Source: Candidatus Fokinia solitaria
GTDB lineage: Bacteria > Pseudomonadota > Alphaproteobacteria > Rickettsiales > Midichloriaceae
DNA length: 32,000 nt
Assembly: GCF_003072485.1 (NCBI RefSeq)
Contig: NZ_CP025989.1
Span: forward strand, 60,001 to 92,000
Reading direction: 5' to 3'
Below, one piece after another: positions 18,661-26,449 of this stretch. The notes under the pieces are model-generated. The model ran no database searches and was not told the DNA's origin. It saw nothing but the letters and a program-made list of their open reading frames with translations. Both the position numbers and the translations under genes were made by a program. Within the stretch, counting starts at the first letter, position 1; the number at the start of each line of letters is the position of its first letter.

Positions 18661-19110
18661 ATGAGTATCGAGAGCAATAACATGATATCATGCACAAAGA
18701 AGATAGAGTTTGATGCAGCACATAGAATTATTGATCACCATGGCGCGTGTAAAATGTTGCATGGACATCGTTATGTTATAGAGGTAACTTTTTCGAAATT
18801 TCTCAAGGATTTTACTAATCACGACATGGTAATCGATTTTATCATCATAAAGCAAAAATTAGATAGTTGGATAAAACAGCACTGGGATCATAATACGATA
18901 CTTTCCGAACAAGACAAAGATCTCGGTAATTCTATTGAAAAGTGCACTTCTCAGACGATTTTTTACTTGAAAAAGCAGCCTACTGCAGAAAATATGGCGA
19001 TATTCTTGATGCAAGAGATTATACCTGTGCTTTTTGACGAATATGGCGTAAAATGTACGAGATTGAGATTAAGAGAAACACCATCATCATTTGTCGAGGT
19101 ATTGATGTAA
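18661..19110 (+). CDS. queD: 6-carboxy-5,6,7,8-tetrahydropterin synthase / 6-pyruvoyl-tetrahydropterin synthase family
   Basis: 149 aa. KIEFDAAHRI..H.GACKMLHGHRYVIEVTF is the PTPS/QueD zinc-binding His motif. Confidence 0.85.
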   Translation: MSIESNNMISCTKKIEFDAAHRIIDHHGACKMLHGHRYVIEVTFSKFLKDFTNHDMVIDFIIIKQKLDSWIKQHWDHNTILSEQDKDLGNSIEKCTSQTIFYLKKQPTAENMAIFLMQEIIPVLFDEYGVKCTRLRLRETPSSFVEVLM

Positions 19111-19382
19111 TAAGCTTATCCAGCTGTTCTTGTTTTTATTATTAATATTATTTGTCTTTTATTACAGCGTAGATATTGAGCCATAATTTGACATCCAATT
19201 TGCATCTAGAATTCTATTGGAAGCGATATATTGCTGGCTTTACAGCAATTACCGCAGCTGTAGGAAAGTAGATGAACTTTTTATTTTAGAGAAAGGTATA
19301 TATACTCTACCGTCGATTGAGCTCATAATTTTAATATTTTATGAAAAATCAATCGATCGTTAAATAAATAATATATAATCCT

Positions 19383-20633
19383 ATGAACAATATTACCATA
19401 GCGAATAATTCTTTCATATCAATATATCGTTCGTGTTTGAAGCACGCTCTAACATTACAGGAATGTGTTACCGATATTATGTCAAAAGAATTGAAATCGT
19501 TGTATAATGGTGCGATACAAAACTTATCTAGAATATCGTACGCTATAGACATCAAAACAGATGAATCGCCTGAGCTAGATGCGGAATACATCCAGATGTT
19601 AAATAAAACAGCATTGCGCAATCAAACTCTTTATTTCTTCAAATCTGAAGCGCTGCTTGCGCATGAAAAAATGATGAGAGAACACATTGAAATTATGCAA
19701 GACATGGATGATCAATATGAGGAGATGATTCACCTTCGTACTCTTATTGCACATGGTAACGATATGCTACCGCCTATACGAGCAGAGCAAAAAGAAATGA
19801 GAAGTAATATATATGATTCAGACGATAAGATACAAACTCTAAAGATGATGAAGCCAGTGCTGTATAATGCTGCGTTATACGTGATCCATACGAAAGAAGT
19901 AGCGCCTACAGCGAAAGATTATCGTCTTTTACAGCATGATATGCTTATAGCTGAAAAACTAAATGAGATGCAAATTAAAGAGAAATATGCTGAAAAATTT
20001 ACTGATGCAGATACTTTTATAAAAGAGCACTATGGCAAAGTAGAGGAGTTGCAGGACATTATATCTCATCTTCTAGGTAAGTCCGAAGTCATGATACTTA
20101 CATATCACTCAATGCGTAAGATTCATGAAGAATTAGCAGCGGAGAATATGATGCTTCTGCAATTGAGAATAAAAGAGCAAGTTATGCGGACGCAGCTGAA
20201 AGCTATAGAAAAGGAATATTCTGATATATATGCATTTATTGTAAAAAGTATAGATCTTAAATACACTGGTATATTAGGTGAAATGCACGAACTCTCGGAA
20301 TACATGATAGATTTGCTTTTTGGTACATCTGTTAATACGACGAAAGATGCAGTGATATATAATGTATCCTCGACAGAGTACGAGCAAGCGCCTCTTTCCT
20401 TCTTATCTAAGAGAACGAATGTAGTAAATGATATGCAAGCTGAGCACATACAAGATTCTGTAAATGATACGCAAGCTAAGCACCTACAAGATTTTGTAAA
20501 TGATACACAGGATGAACAGTTATCAGATGATGTACAGAATGAATCTTTAGCAAACTCTGCAGATAACATTAGTTATGAAGAATCAGAATTTAATGATGCA
20601 TCATCTAACATTGCTATGCATAATGATCTGTAA
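19383..20633 (+). CDS. Hypothetical protein, tandem paralog 1 of 3 (helical, with an acidic repeat-bearing C-terminus)
   Basis: 416-aa ORF with no signal peptide, TM segment or enzyme motif that I can recognise. It is rich in E/K/L/M/Q heptad-like stretches. The C-terminus has 3 x 12-aa repeats (VNDMQAEHIQDS / VNDTQAKHLQDF / VNDTQDEQLSDD). Coding status is supported by conservation of the frame across three diverged copies. Confidence 0.8.
   Translation: MNNITIANNSFISIYRSCLKHALTLQECVTDIMSKELKSLYNGAIQNLSRISYAIDIKTDESPELDAEYIQMLNKTALRNQTLYFFKSEALLAHEKMMREHIEIMQDMDDQYEEMIHLRTLIAHGNDMLPPIRAEQKEMRSNIYDSDDKIQTLKMMKPVLYNAALYVIHTKEVAPTAKDYRLLQHDMLIAEKLNEMQIKEKYAEKFTDADTFIKEHYGKVEELQDIISHLLGKSEVMILTYHSMRKIHEELAAENMMLLQLRIKEQVMRTQLKAIEKEYSDIYAFIVKSIDLKYTGILGEMHELSEYMIDLLFGTSVNTTKDAVIYNVSSTEYEQAPLSFLSKRTNVVNDMQAEHIQDSVNDTQAKHLQDFVNDTQDEQLSDDVQNESLANSADNISYEESEFNDASSNIAMHNDL
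20424..20531 (+). repeat. 3 x 36-bp in-frame tandem repeat inside paralog 1
   Basis: The three units are gtaaatgatatgcaagctgagcacatacaagattct, gtaaatgatacgcaagctaagcacctacaagatttt and gtaaatgatacacaggatgaacagttatcagatgat. A degenerate fourth unit occupies 20532-20567. Confidence 0.9.
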
Positions 20634-20821
20634 GAAATAGCAAAGATTCACATACGTCAATTATCGATAGCACACTTTTGCAGCTAATTCTTACAGCTGT
20701 AAGGAAGTAAATTAACTTTTCCTCCAGAGGAGCGCATACATGATAATTGACGATCGATCACGCAATTTTGGTATTTGATAAAAAAATCGATCAATTAATT
20801 GAATAAATAATATATAATCCT

Positions 20822-22072
20822 ATGAATAATATTACTATAGCGAATAATTCTTTCTTATTGATGAATGATACATGTATAAGGTATAGTTTATCATTACAAG
20901 AATGTGTCACTGATATTGTGTCAAAAGAATTGGAATCGTTGTATGATGATGCAGTGCGAAACTTCTCTAGAATGTCGCGTACTATAGGTATCAAAACAGA
21001 TGAATCACCTGAGCTAAATGCGCAATACATTCAGATGTTAAATAAAACAGCGTTACGCAATCAAACTCTTTATTTCTTCAAATCTGAAGCGCTGCTTGCG
21101 CATGAAAAAATGATGAGAGAACACATTATATTAATGTATGATGTAGAGAAGCAGTATAAGGAAATTACTCATCTTCGTGCCATTGTTACGCATGGTAACG
21201 ATCTGTTACGGCATATACGAGCAGAGCAAAAAGAAATGAGAAGTAATATATATGATTCAGACGATAAGATACAAACTCTAAAGATGATGAAGCCAGTGTT
21301 GTATAATGCTGCGTTATACGTGATCCATACGAAAGAAGTAGCGCCTACAGCGAAAGATTATCGTCTTTTACAGCATGATATGCTTATAGCTGACAAGCTA
21401 TATGAGATGCAAATCAAAGAGAAATATGCTGAAAAATTTACTGATATGGATACTCTTATAAAAGAGCACTATAGCAAAGTAGAGGAGTTGCAGGACATTA
21501 TATCTCGTCTCTTAGATGATTCCGAAGTCATGATACTTACATATCACTCAATGTGTAAGATTCATGAAGAATTAGCAGCGGAGAATATGATGCTTCTGCA
21601 ATTAAAAATAGAAGAGCAAGTTATGCAGATGCAACTTGAGACAGTAGAAAAAGAGTACTCTGATGTATATGCATTTATCGTAAAGAGTGTAAATCTTCAA
21701 TATACTGGTATATTAAGTAGAATGTATGAATTGTTGCGATACATGGAAGATTTGCTTTTTGGTACGTCTATCAAAACGATAGAAGACGCAACAGTACATA
21801 ATACATCCTCGACAGAATACGAGCAAGTGCCTCCTTTCCTCTTATTTTGGGGAACGAATGTAGTAAATGATATGCAAGCTGAGCACATACAAGATTCTGT
21901 AAATGATATGCAAGCTAAGCACCTACAAGATTTTGTAAATGATACACAGGATGAACAGTTATCAGATGATGTACAGAATGAATCTTTAGCAAACTCTGCA
22001 GATAACATTAGTTATGAAGAATCAGAATTTAATGATGCATCATCTAACATTGCTATGCATAATGATCTGTAA
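20822..22072 (+). CDS. Hypothetical protein, tandem paralog 2 of 3
   Basis: 416-aa ORF, collinear with paralog 1 and with no net length change. Long blocks are nearly identical at nucleotide level to paralog 1, and other blocks are closer to paralog 3. Confidence 0.8.
   Translation: MNNITIANNSFLLMNDTCIRYSLSLQECVTDIVSKELESLYDDAVRNFSRMSRTIGIKTDESPELNAQYIQMLNKTALRNQTLYFFKSEALLAHEKMMREHIILMYDVEKQYKEITHLRAIVTHGNDLLRHIRAEQKEMRSNIYDSDDKIQTLKMMKPVLYNAALYVIHTKEVAPTAKDYRLLQHDMLIADKLYEMQIKEKYAEKFTDMDTLIKEHYSKVEELQDIISRLLDDSEVMILTYHSMCKIHEELAAENMMLLQLKIEEQVMQMQLETVEKEYSDVYAFIVKSVNLQYTGILSRMYELLRYMEDLLFGTSIKTIEDATVHNTSSTEYEQVPPFLLFWGTNVVNDMQAEHIQDSVNDMQAKHLQDFVNDTQDEQLSDDVQNESLANSADNISYEESEFNDASSNIAMHNDL
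21863..21970 (+). repeat. 3 x 36-bp in-frame tandem repeat inside paralog 2
   Basis: Same position and sequence as the paralog 1 repeat, with one substitution (VNDMQAK instead of VNDTQAK). Confidence 0.9.
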
Positions 22073-22119
22073 GAAATAGCAAAGATTCACATACGTCAAT
22101 TATTGACAGCACACGTCTT

Positions 22120-22149
22120 CATGTCGGTACTTTAAATCGTACTGACATG
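22120..22149 (+). terminator. Stem-loop downstream of paralog 2 (possible terminator)
   Basis: catgtcggtac (22120-22130) pairs with gtactgacatg (22139-22149). The stem is 11 bp including one G:U pair, with an 8-nt loop, and is followed by cagatctgatttt. Confidence 0.4.
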
Positions 22150-22303
22150 CAGATCTGATTTTGTAGCTAATTCTTGCAGTTGTAGGGAAGTAAATTGACT
22201 TTTTCTCCAGAGGAACGCATACATGATCATTGACGATCGATCACGCAATTTTGGTATTTGATAAAAAATCGATCAATTAATTAGAGAAATAATATATAAT
22301 CCT

Positions 22304-23497
22304 ATGACTAATATTACTATAGCCAACTATTCTTTCGTATCGGTATATAATACATGCATGAAGTATAATTTGACATTACAAAAATGCGTTATCGATATCA
22401 CATCAAAAGAATTGAAATCGTTGTATAATGGCGCGACACAAAACTTGTCCATAATGTCACGTACTATAGGTATTAAAACAAATGAATCACCTGAGCTAGA
22501 CGCGGAATACATCCAGATGTTAAATAAAACAGCGTTACGCAATCAAACTCTTTATTTCCTAAAATCTGAAACTCTGCTTACGTACGAAAAAATGATGAGA
22601 GAACACATTACGTTAATGTATGATGCGGAAGATCAGTATAAGGAAATTACTCATCTTCGTACCATTGTTACGTATGGTAACGATATGCTACAGAATATAC
22701 GTGCAGAGCAAAAAGAAATGAGAAGTAATATATATAACTCAAATGATAAAATACAAACTCTAAAGATGGTGAAGCCAGTGCTCTATAATGCTGCATTATA
22801 TGCGCTTCATACGAAAAAAACAGGACCTACAGAGAGAGATTATTACTTTCTACAGCATGATGAGATCATGATGAACATACTCGAGGAAATGAAGATTAAA
22901 GAGAAATATGCTGAAAAATTTACTGATGTTAATACTCTTACAAAAGAACATTACAGTAAGGTAATGGAGTTACAAGGTATCATACATCACCTTCTAACAC
23001 TCCCTCCTATTATGATATTGATATATGATTCAATGTGTAAAATTCATGAAGAATTAGCAGTAGAGAGTATGACGCTTCTGCAATTAAAAATAAAAGAGCA
23101 AGTTATGCGGATGCAACTGACAGCTATAGAGAAGGAATATTCTGATGTGTATGCACTTACTATAAAGAGTGCAGATCTTAAGTACAATGGTATATTAGGT
23201 GACGTACATGAATTCTCAGAGCATATAGTACATCTTCTTTTGCAGCCTATTATGAATGTTAATGCGTACGGCAAAATGGCGAAGGAAGCTATAGTAGATA
23301 TGCTTTCAACAAAATCAACAGAACACGAGAAAGCGCATAATGCTTCTCTTTTAGTAAATAAGACAGATGAAGTAAACGACATGCAAACTAAACATCTGCA
23401 AAATGTCACAAATGATAGCAGTCATGACGCATTAAATTATGAAGAATCAGCACTTAATGATACGTCATCTAACGTTACTATGCATAATGAACTGTAA
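22304..23497 (+). CDS. Hypothetical protein, tandem paralog 3 of 3 (most diverged, with a shorter repeat tail)
   Basis: 397-aa ORF, collinear with paralogs 1 and 2 over about 330 aa. The C-terminal region differs and retains only about 1.5 copies of the 12-aa repeat (VNDMQTKHLQN VTNDSSHD). It has the same terminal motif, ..NYEES.LND.SSN..MHNEL. Confidence 0.8.
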   Translation: MTNITIANYSFVSVYNTCMKYNLTLQKCVIDITSKELKSLYNGATQNLSIMSRTIGIKTNESPELDAEYIQMLNKTALRNQTLYFLKSETLLTYEKMMREHITLMYDAEDQYKEITHLRTIVTYGNDMLQNIRAEQKEMRSNIYNSNDKIQTLKMVKPVLYNAALYALHTKKTGPTERDYYFLQHDEIMMNILEEMKIKEKYAEKFTDVNTLTKEHYSKVMELQGIIHHLLTLPPIMILIYDSMCKIHEELAVESMTLLQLKIKEQVMRMQLTAIEKEYSDVYALTIKSADLKYNGILGDVHEFSEHIVHLLLQPIMNVNAYGKMAKEAIVDMLSTKSTEHEKAHNASLLVNKTDEVNDMQTKHLQNVTNDSSHDALNYEESALNDTSSNVTMHNEL

Positions 23498-23544
23498 GAA
23501 ATAGCAAAGATTCACATACGTCAATTATTGACAGCACACGTCTT

Positions 23545-23574
23545 CATGTCGGTACTTTAAATTGTACTGACATG
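23545..23574 (+). terminator. Stem-loop downstream of paralog 3 (possible terminator of the array)
   Basis: Same 11-bp stem as at 22120-22149: catgtcggtac (23545-23555) and gtactgacatg (23564-23574). A tttttt run follows at 23583-23588. Confidence 0.45.
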
Positions 23575-23880
23575 TAGATACGTTTTTTCCGTTATTTCTC
23601 CACAATTTTAAAAAGCAAATAGAGAGATACACTTACTTGTTATACCGATAATTGAAGAGGTAATGCACCGTAGCTTTCTGTGATTAGCTTCCGTCTCGCC
23701 GAATGATAGAGAAAGATGTTAAATGTGCGGTATTTCTCGATTTTTTTTTACGTATCACTTCTGCGCTTTGATACTAAGTTTGAAGCTGCGTGCTTTTGAG
23801 GAGAATGTATGAGCGAGTTTCGATAAGACTACTGTTGCTATACAAAAGTGTAATGAAATAAGTAGTAAAACTACTAAAGG

Positions 23881-23956
23881 TGGTGGAGGCAAACGGATTC
23901 GAACCGATGACCCTCTGCTTGCAAAGCAGATGCTCTACCAACTGAGCTATGCCCCC
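23881..23956 (-). tRNA. tRNA-Ala (anticodon UGC)
   Basis: The reverse complement folds by hand as GGGGGCA TA GCTC AGTTGGTA GAGC A TCTGC TTTGCAA GCAGA GGGTC ATCGG TTCGAAT CCGTT TGCCTCC ACCA. It has the G3:U70 Ala identity pair, anticodon TGC, an encoded CCA and a length of 76 nt. Confidence 0.93.
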
Positions 23957-23967
23957 ATTCTGCATTT

Positions 23968-24042
23968 TGGAGCAGGCGAAGGGAATCGAACCCTCGACTT
24001 CAACCTTGGCAAGGTTGCGCTCTACCACTGAGCCACGCCTGC
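23968..24042 (-). tRNA. tRNA-Gly (anticodon GCC)
   Basis: The reverse complement folds as GCAGGCG TG GCTC AGTGGTA GAGC G CAACC TTGCCAA GGTTG AAGTC GAGGG TTCGATT CCCTT CGCCTGC TCCA. It is 75 nt with an encoded CCA, and lies 11 nt upstream of tRNA-Ala on the same strand. Confidence 0.93.
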
Positions 24043-24338
24043 ATCCTCACGAAATGTATAACTGAAAATATCAAAATTTACAATAAACACAATAAAAAAC
24101 TACGAGATACTGTATGCAAGGTAGTCTCCATCAGCGTGATCGATGTGGAAAAATCAGCTACAGTGTAAAAAGTATAAAAAGTGCAGTAAATCCAGTCTTA
24201 TACTAAGTGCTAATATCTTGCATAATGCTTTGATTCTATCTCGTGGAAATGCTTTTCGTTTGCTTTTGTAGATACCTTGATGTAGGCTATGTTAGTTCAT
24301 GGCATTTGTACATCTGCAAATTGTCTCATCTGTAATAT

Positions 24339-24605
24339 TTGTTTAAATTCAAAATCGTGAACGATATCCAACAAAGTGTTTACATGATTGTAGCGGAAAA
24401 GTCAGGTTTTTCCGTTGAGAAGATAAATGATGAGCTAAATCTGAAAGAAGAGATTAAGGTAGATAGCCTTACCTCTGTAGAACTCGTTATGGCATTAGAA
24501 GAGAAGTTTAGAATTGAAATCTCTGATGAAGCGATGCAAAAGGTTGAAACTGTCGGCGATATCATAAAGATAGTTGAAGCTTTAGTAGCAGAAACGAGAA
24601 AATAG
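24339..24605 (+). CDS. acpP: Acyl carrier protein
   Basis: 88-aa ORF from a TTG. A GTG at 24357 or the ATG at 24384 are alternative starts. The phosphopantetheine attachment motif is KVDSLTSVELVMALEEKFRIEISDE, followed by ..VETVGDIIKIVE, as in ACPs. Confidence 0.8.
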   Translation: MFKFKIVNDIQQSVYMIVAEKSGFSVEKINDELNLKEEIKVDSLTSVELVMALEEKFRIEISDEAMQKVETVGDIIKIVEALVAETRK

Positions 24606-24644
24606 TAGTAAATAGTAGCATGTTAATTTTTTCCATATAAGTCG

Positions 24645-24995
24645 ATGCGTCATAGGATTGGTCATAGAAAATTTGGCAGAAATTGCGGTCATCGTACTGC
24701 TATGTTTAGAAATTTGCTGAAGTCTCTTATTACTCATGAGAAAATAGTTACAACCGTGGCTAAAGCTAAGGATGTGAGACCTCTAGTAGAGAAATTAGTT
24801 ACAAAATCTAGAACGGAGTCGTTACATACTAGACGATATGCGATATCTCTCTTAGGTGGTAATTGTACTGCAGTAAATAAGTTGTTTACTCTTGGTGCAA
24901 AATATACTTCGAGAAATGGCGGATATACGAGGATCGTAAAAATTGGATACAGAAAAGGAGATTCTGCACCATTAGCAGCAATTTCTTTTGTTTAA
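24645..24995 (+). CDS. rplQ: 50S ribosomal protein L17
   Basis: 116 aa. MRHRIGHRKFGRNCGHRTAMFRNLLKSLITHEKIVTTVAKAKDVRPLVEKLVT is the canonical L17 N-terminus. Confidence 0.93.
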   Translation: MRHRIGHRKFGRNCGHRTAMFRNLLKSLITHEKIVTTVAKAKDVRPLVEKLVTKSRTESLHTRRYAISLLGGNCTAVNKLFTLGAKYTSRNGGYTRIVKIGYRKGDSAPLAAISFV

Positions 24996-25183
24996 TATTT
25001 CTTAGTTTGTGTGCTTTGCTGCTTTTCGCTAATAGTATGAGATAAGCAGTATTTCGTAACTTTCCGTAAGAGATTCTCGGAAAGAGCGCTTGGCGTTTTC
25101 GCTTGTTTTGCCTCCGGTAATGGAAGAGATAGAGTATGAAATTTTAGGACGTTTATCTGATTACTCTCTGTGAATTACTGGTA

Positions 25184-26449
25184 TTATCCTTTATATAGTA
25201 GAAGAGTACAGTGCGCATATATTGCATCTTCAGTAAAGATACCTGTATTCTCGGTAGTAGTCGCTTTGACTGTTATATTAGTTGACGAGGTAAGTGTTAG
25301 GAGTGCTATATTTGCCCTCATATCCTGTACATAAGGCTGTATTTGCGGCTGATCAGCAATGATTGATATATCGATATTGCCGATTTTATACCCTTTTCGC
25401 TTCATCAGAGTGACTGCATGTTGTACAAAGACTTCGGATTTGGCATTTTGCCACTTTATATCGCTATTTTGAAAATGAGTACCGATATCAGCTTCTCCTA
25501 TTGCGCCTAATATTGCATCTGTAATTGCATGTAATACTACATCTCCGTCAGAATGTGCCACAATGTTGTACATGCATTTAAACATTATTCCGCCAAGTGA
25601 AATTTGCTCATACTTCTCGGATTTTTTCAATCTATGTATATCTATGCCAGTGCCTATTTTGAAGATATTACGATTTTCATTGTGATGTTTTATACTCTCT
25701 TCTGCCATAACGTATTTTCTTGCTTTTTCTAATTGCTTTGGAAAAGTGATCTTAAAATTATTTAACTCTCCTTCTACTCTTAATATCTTGTAATTTGTTG
25801 CATGATGCTTATTAAGATAGTAAAGTAGTCCAATATCGTCTATTTTTGCTTCATTCGGTATTTCATGTAGCCTTTGATAGGCATGTTCTATTACTGGAAA
25901 TCTGAAAATTTGAGGAGTCTGTATTGTATAATATTCTTCTCTTTTGTATACGGATTCTTCTCCACTATATAGCCTAATTGCGTCAACGATTGGTAGTGTT
26001 GGCTCTATGGCATCGTATTCAGCATGAGATGACATATATTGCAGCCAATCATCTACTGATTTGTGATTGAACAAAGGCCTAACGGAATCATGTATTGCGA
26101 CTATAAGTTTATTTAAGCTCCCTCTATCTTGCTCAGCTTTATGCGTTTCCTTTATTGCATTGATAGCATTCATTACGGACAATGCTCTTGTTTCTCCGCC
26201 ACGTACTATAACAAGATCCTTTTGAGAAGCATTGCGATATCTTGCTATAAGTTGCTCATGTTGTATGAATGCTTTATCAAGTACAAGTACGATATACTCT
26301 AATGGTAGTAGCTGAAATTTTGATATAGTGTACTCGACTATATCAGTATCATGGTGCAATTTGTGAAATTGCTTTGGTATGGTACCATCTGAGAATCTTA
26401 TACCTTGTCCAGCTGCAAGTATTATTCCGATATTAAGCATCAGATGCAT
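25184..26449 (-). CDS. ispDF: Bifunctional 2-C-methyl-D-erythritol 4-phosphate cytidylyltransferase / 2-C-methyl-D-erythritol 2,4-cyclodiphosphate synthase
   Basis: 421 aa. The N-terminal IspD motif is ILAAGQGIRF...VRGGETR. The C-terminal IspF motifs are IGTGIDIHRL, AHSDGDVVLHAITDAILGA and ...ITVKATTTE. The fused form is typical of alphaproteobacteria. Confidence 0.9.
   Translation of the reverse strand: MHLMLNIGIILAAGQGIRFSDGTIPKQFHKLHHDTDIVEYTISKFQLLPLEYIVLVLDKAFIQHEQLIARYRNASQKDLVIVRGGETRALSVMNAINAIKETHKAEQDRGSLNKLIVAIHDSVRPLFNHKSVDDWLQYMSSHAEYDAIEPTLPIVDAIRLYSGEESVYKREEYYTIQTPQIFRFPVIEHAYQRLHEIPNEAKIDDIGLLYYLNKHHATNYKILRVEGELNNFKITFPKQLEKARKYVMAEESIKHHNENRNIFKIGTGIDIHRLKKSEKYEQISLGGIMFKCMYNIVAHSDGDVVLHAITDAILGAIGEADIGTHFQNSDIKWQNAKSEVFVQHAVTLMKRKGYKIGNIDISIIADQPQIQPYVQDMRANIALLTLTSSTNITVKATTTENTGIFTEDAIYAHCTLLLYKG

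Larger units (their letters stand above)
19250..23575 (+). repeat. Head-to-tail triplication of a 1.44-1.48 kb unit (5' flank + CDS + 3' flank)
   Basis: CDS starts at 19383, 20822 and 22304 give periods of 1439 and 1482 bp. The sequence before each ATG is conserved (..atcgatc..aataatatataatcctATG). The 3' flank gaaatagcaaagattcacatacgtcaatta is conserved after each stop. Homology upstream of copy 1 begins at about 19250 (cagctgtaggaaagtagatgaactttt, compared with cagctgtaaggaagtaaattaactttt at about 20690). Confidence 0.9.

Noticed and set aside
19111-19260. I looked for a copy of the tRNA-Ala 3' end (tggtggaggcaaacggattcgaacc) at the far border of the paralog array, as an att-type direct repeat.
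   Set aside because: No such repeat is visible between queD and the array, so a classical integrase-mediated island bounded by tRNA-Ala is not supported. No integrase gene is present either.
19340-19382. A TATAAT hexamer 3 nt upstream of each paralog ATG, as a -10 box for a leaderless mRNA.
   Set aside because: The spacing is too short for the ATG to be the +1 position, and no convincing -35 sits at 16-18 bp. In AT-rich DNA, TATAAT-like strings are common. I recorded only the conserved upstream block.
19349-19621. Antisense ORFs overlap the 5' ends of all three paralogs: 19349-19621, 20791-21030 and 22327-22542 (71-90 aa). Some have a hydrophobic C-terminus (ELFAMVILFIGLYIIY).
   Set aside because: Their recurrence is explained by nucleotide similarity of the repeated units. 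The third copy ends at a different point and lacks the hydrophobic tail, so the frame is not independently conserved. They have no start context of their own.
20123-20569. Cys-rich antisense ORFs lie opposite the 3' repeat region of the paralogs: 20123-20569, 21697-22008 and 23044-23409.
   Set aside because: The periodic Cys and Ser content is the reverse-complement reading of the GAT/CAA/GCA-rich 36-bp repeats. Lengths and ends differ between copies. The sense frame is the one preserved through substitutions.
23774-24028. An 84-aa ORF on the minus strand.
   Set aside because: It is read straight through tRNA-Ala and most of tRNA-Gly. The cloverleaf folds are unambiguous, so the ORF is spurious.
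25060-25084. ctttccg ... cggaaag is a 7-bp stem with an 11-nt loop between convergent rplQ and ispDF. I considered it as a bidirectional terminator.
   Set aside because: The stem is short and AT/GC-mixed, the loop is large and no flanking T or A tracts are present. This is too weak to call.
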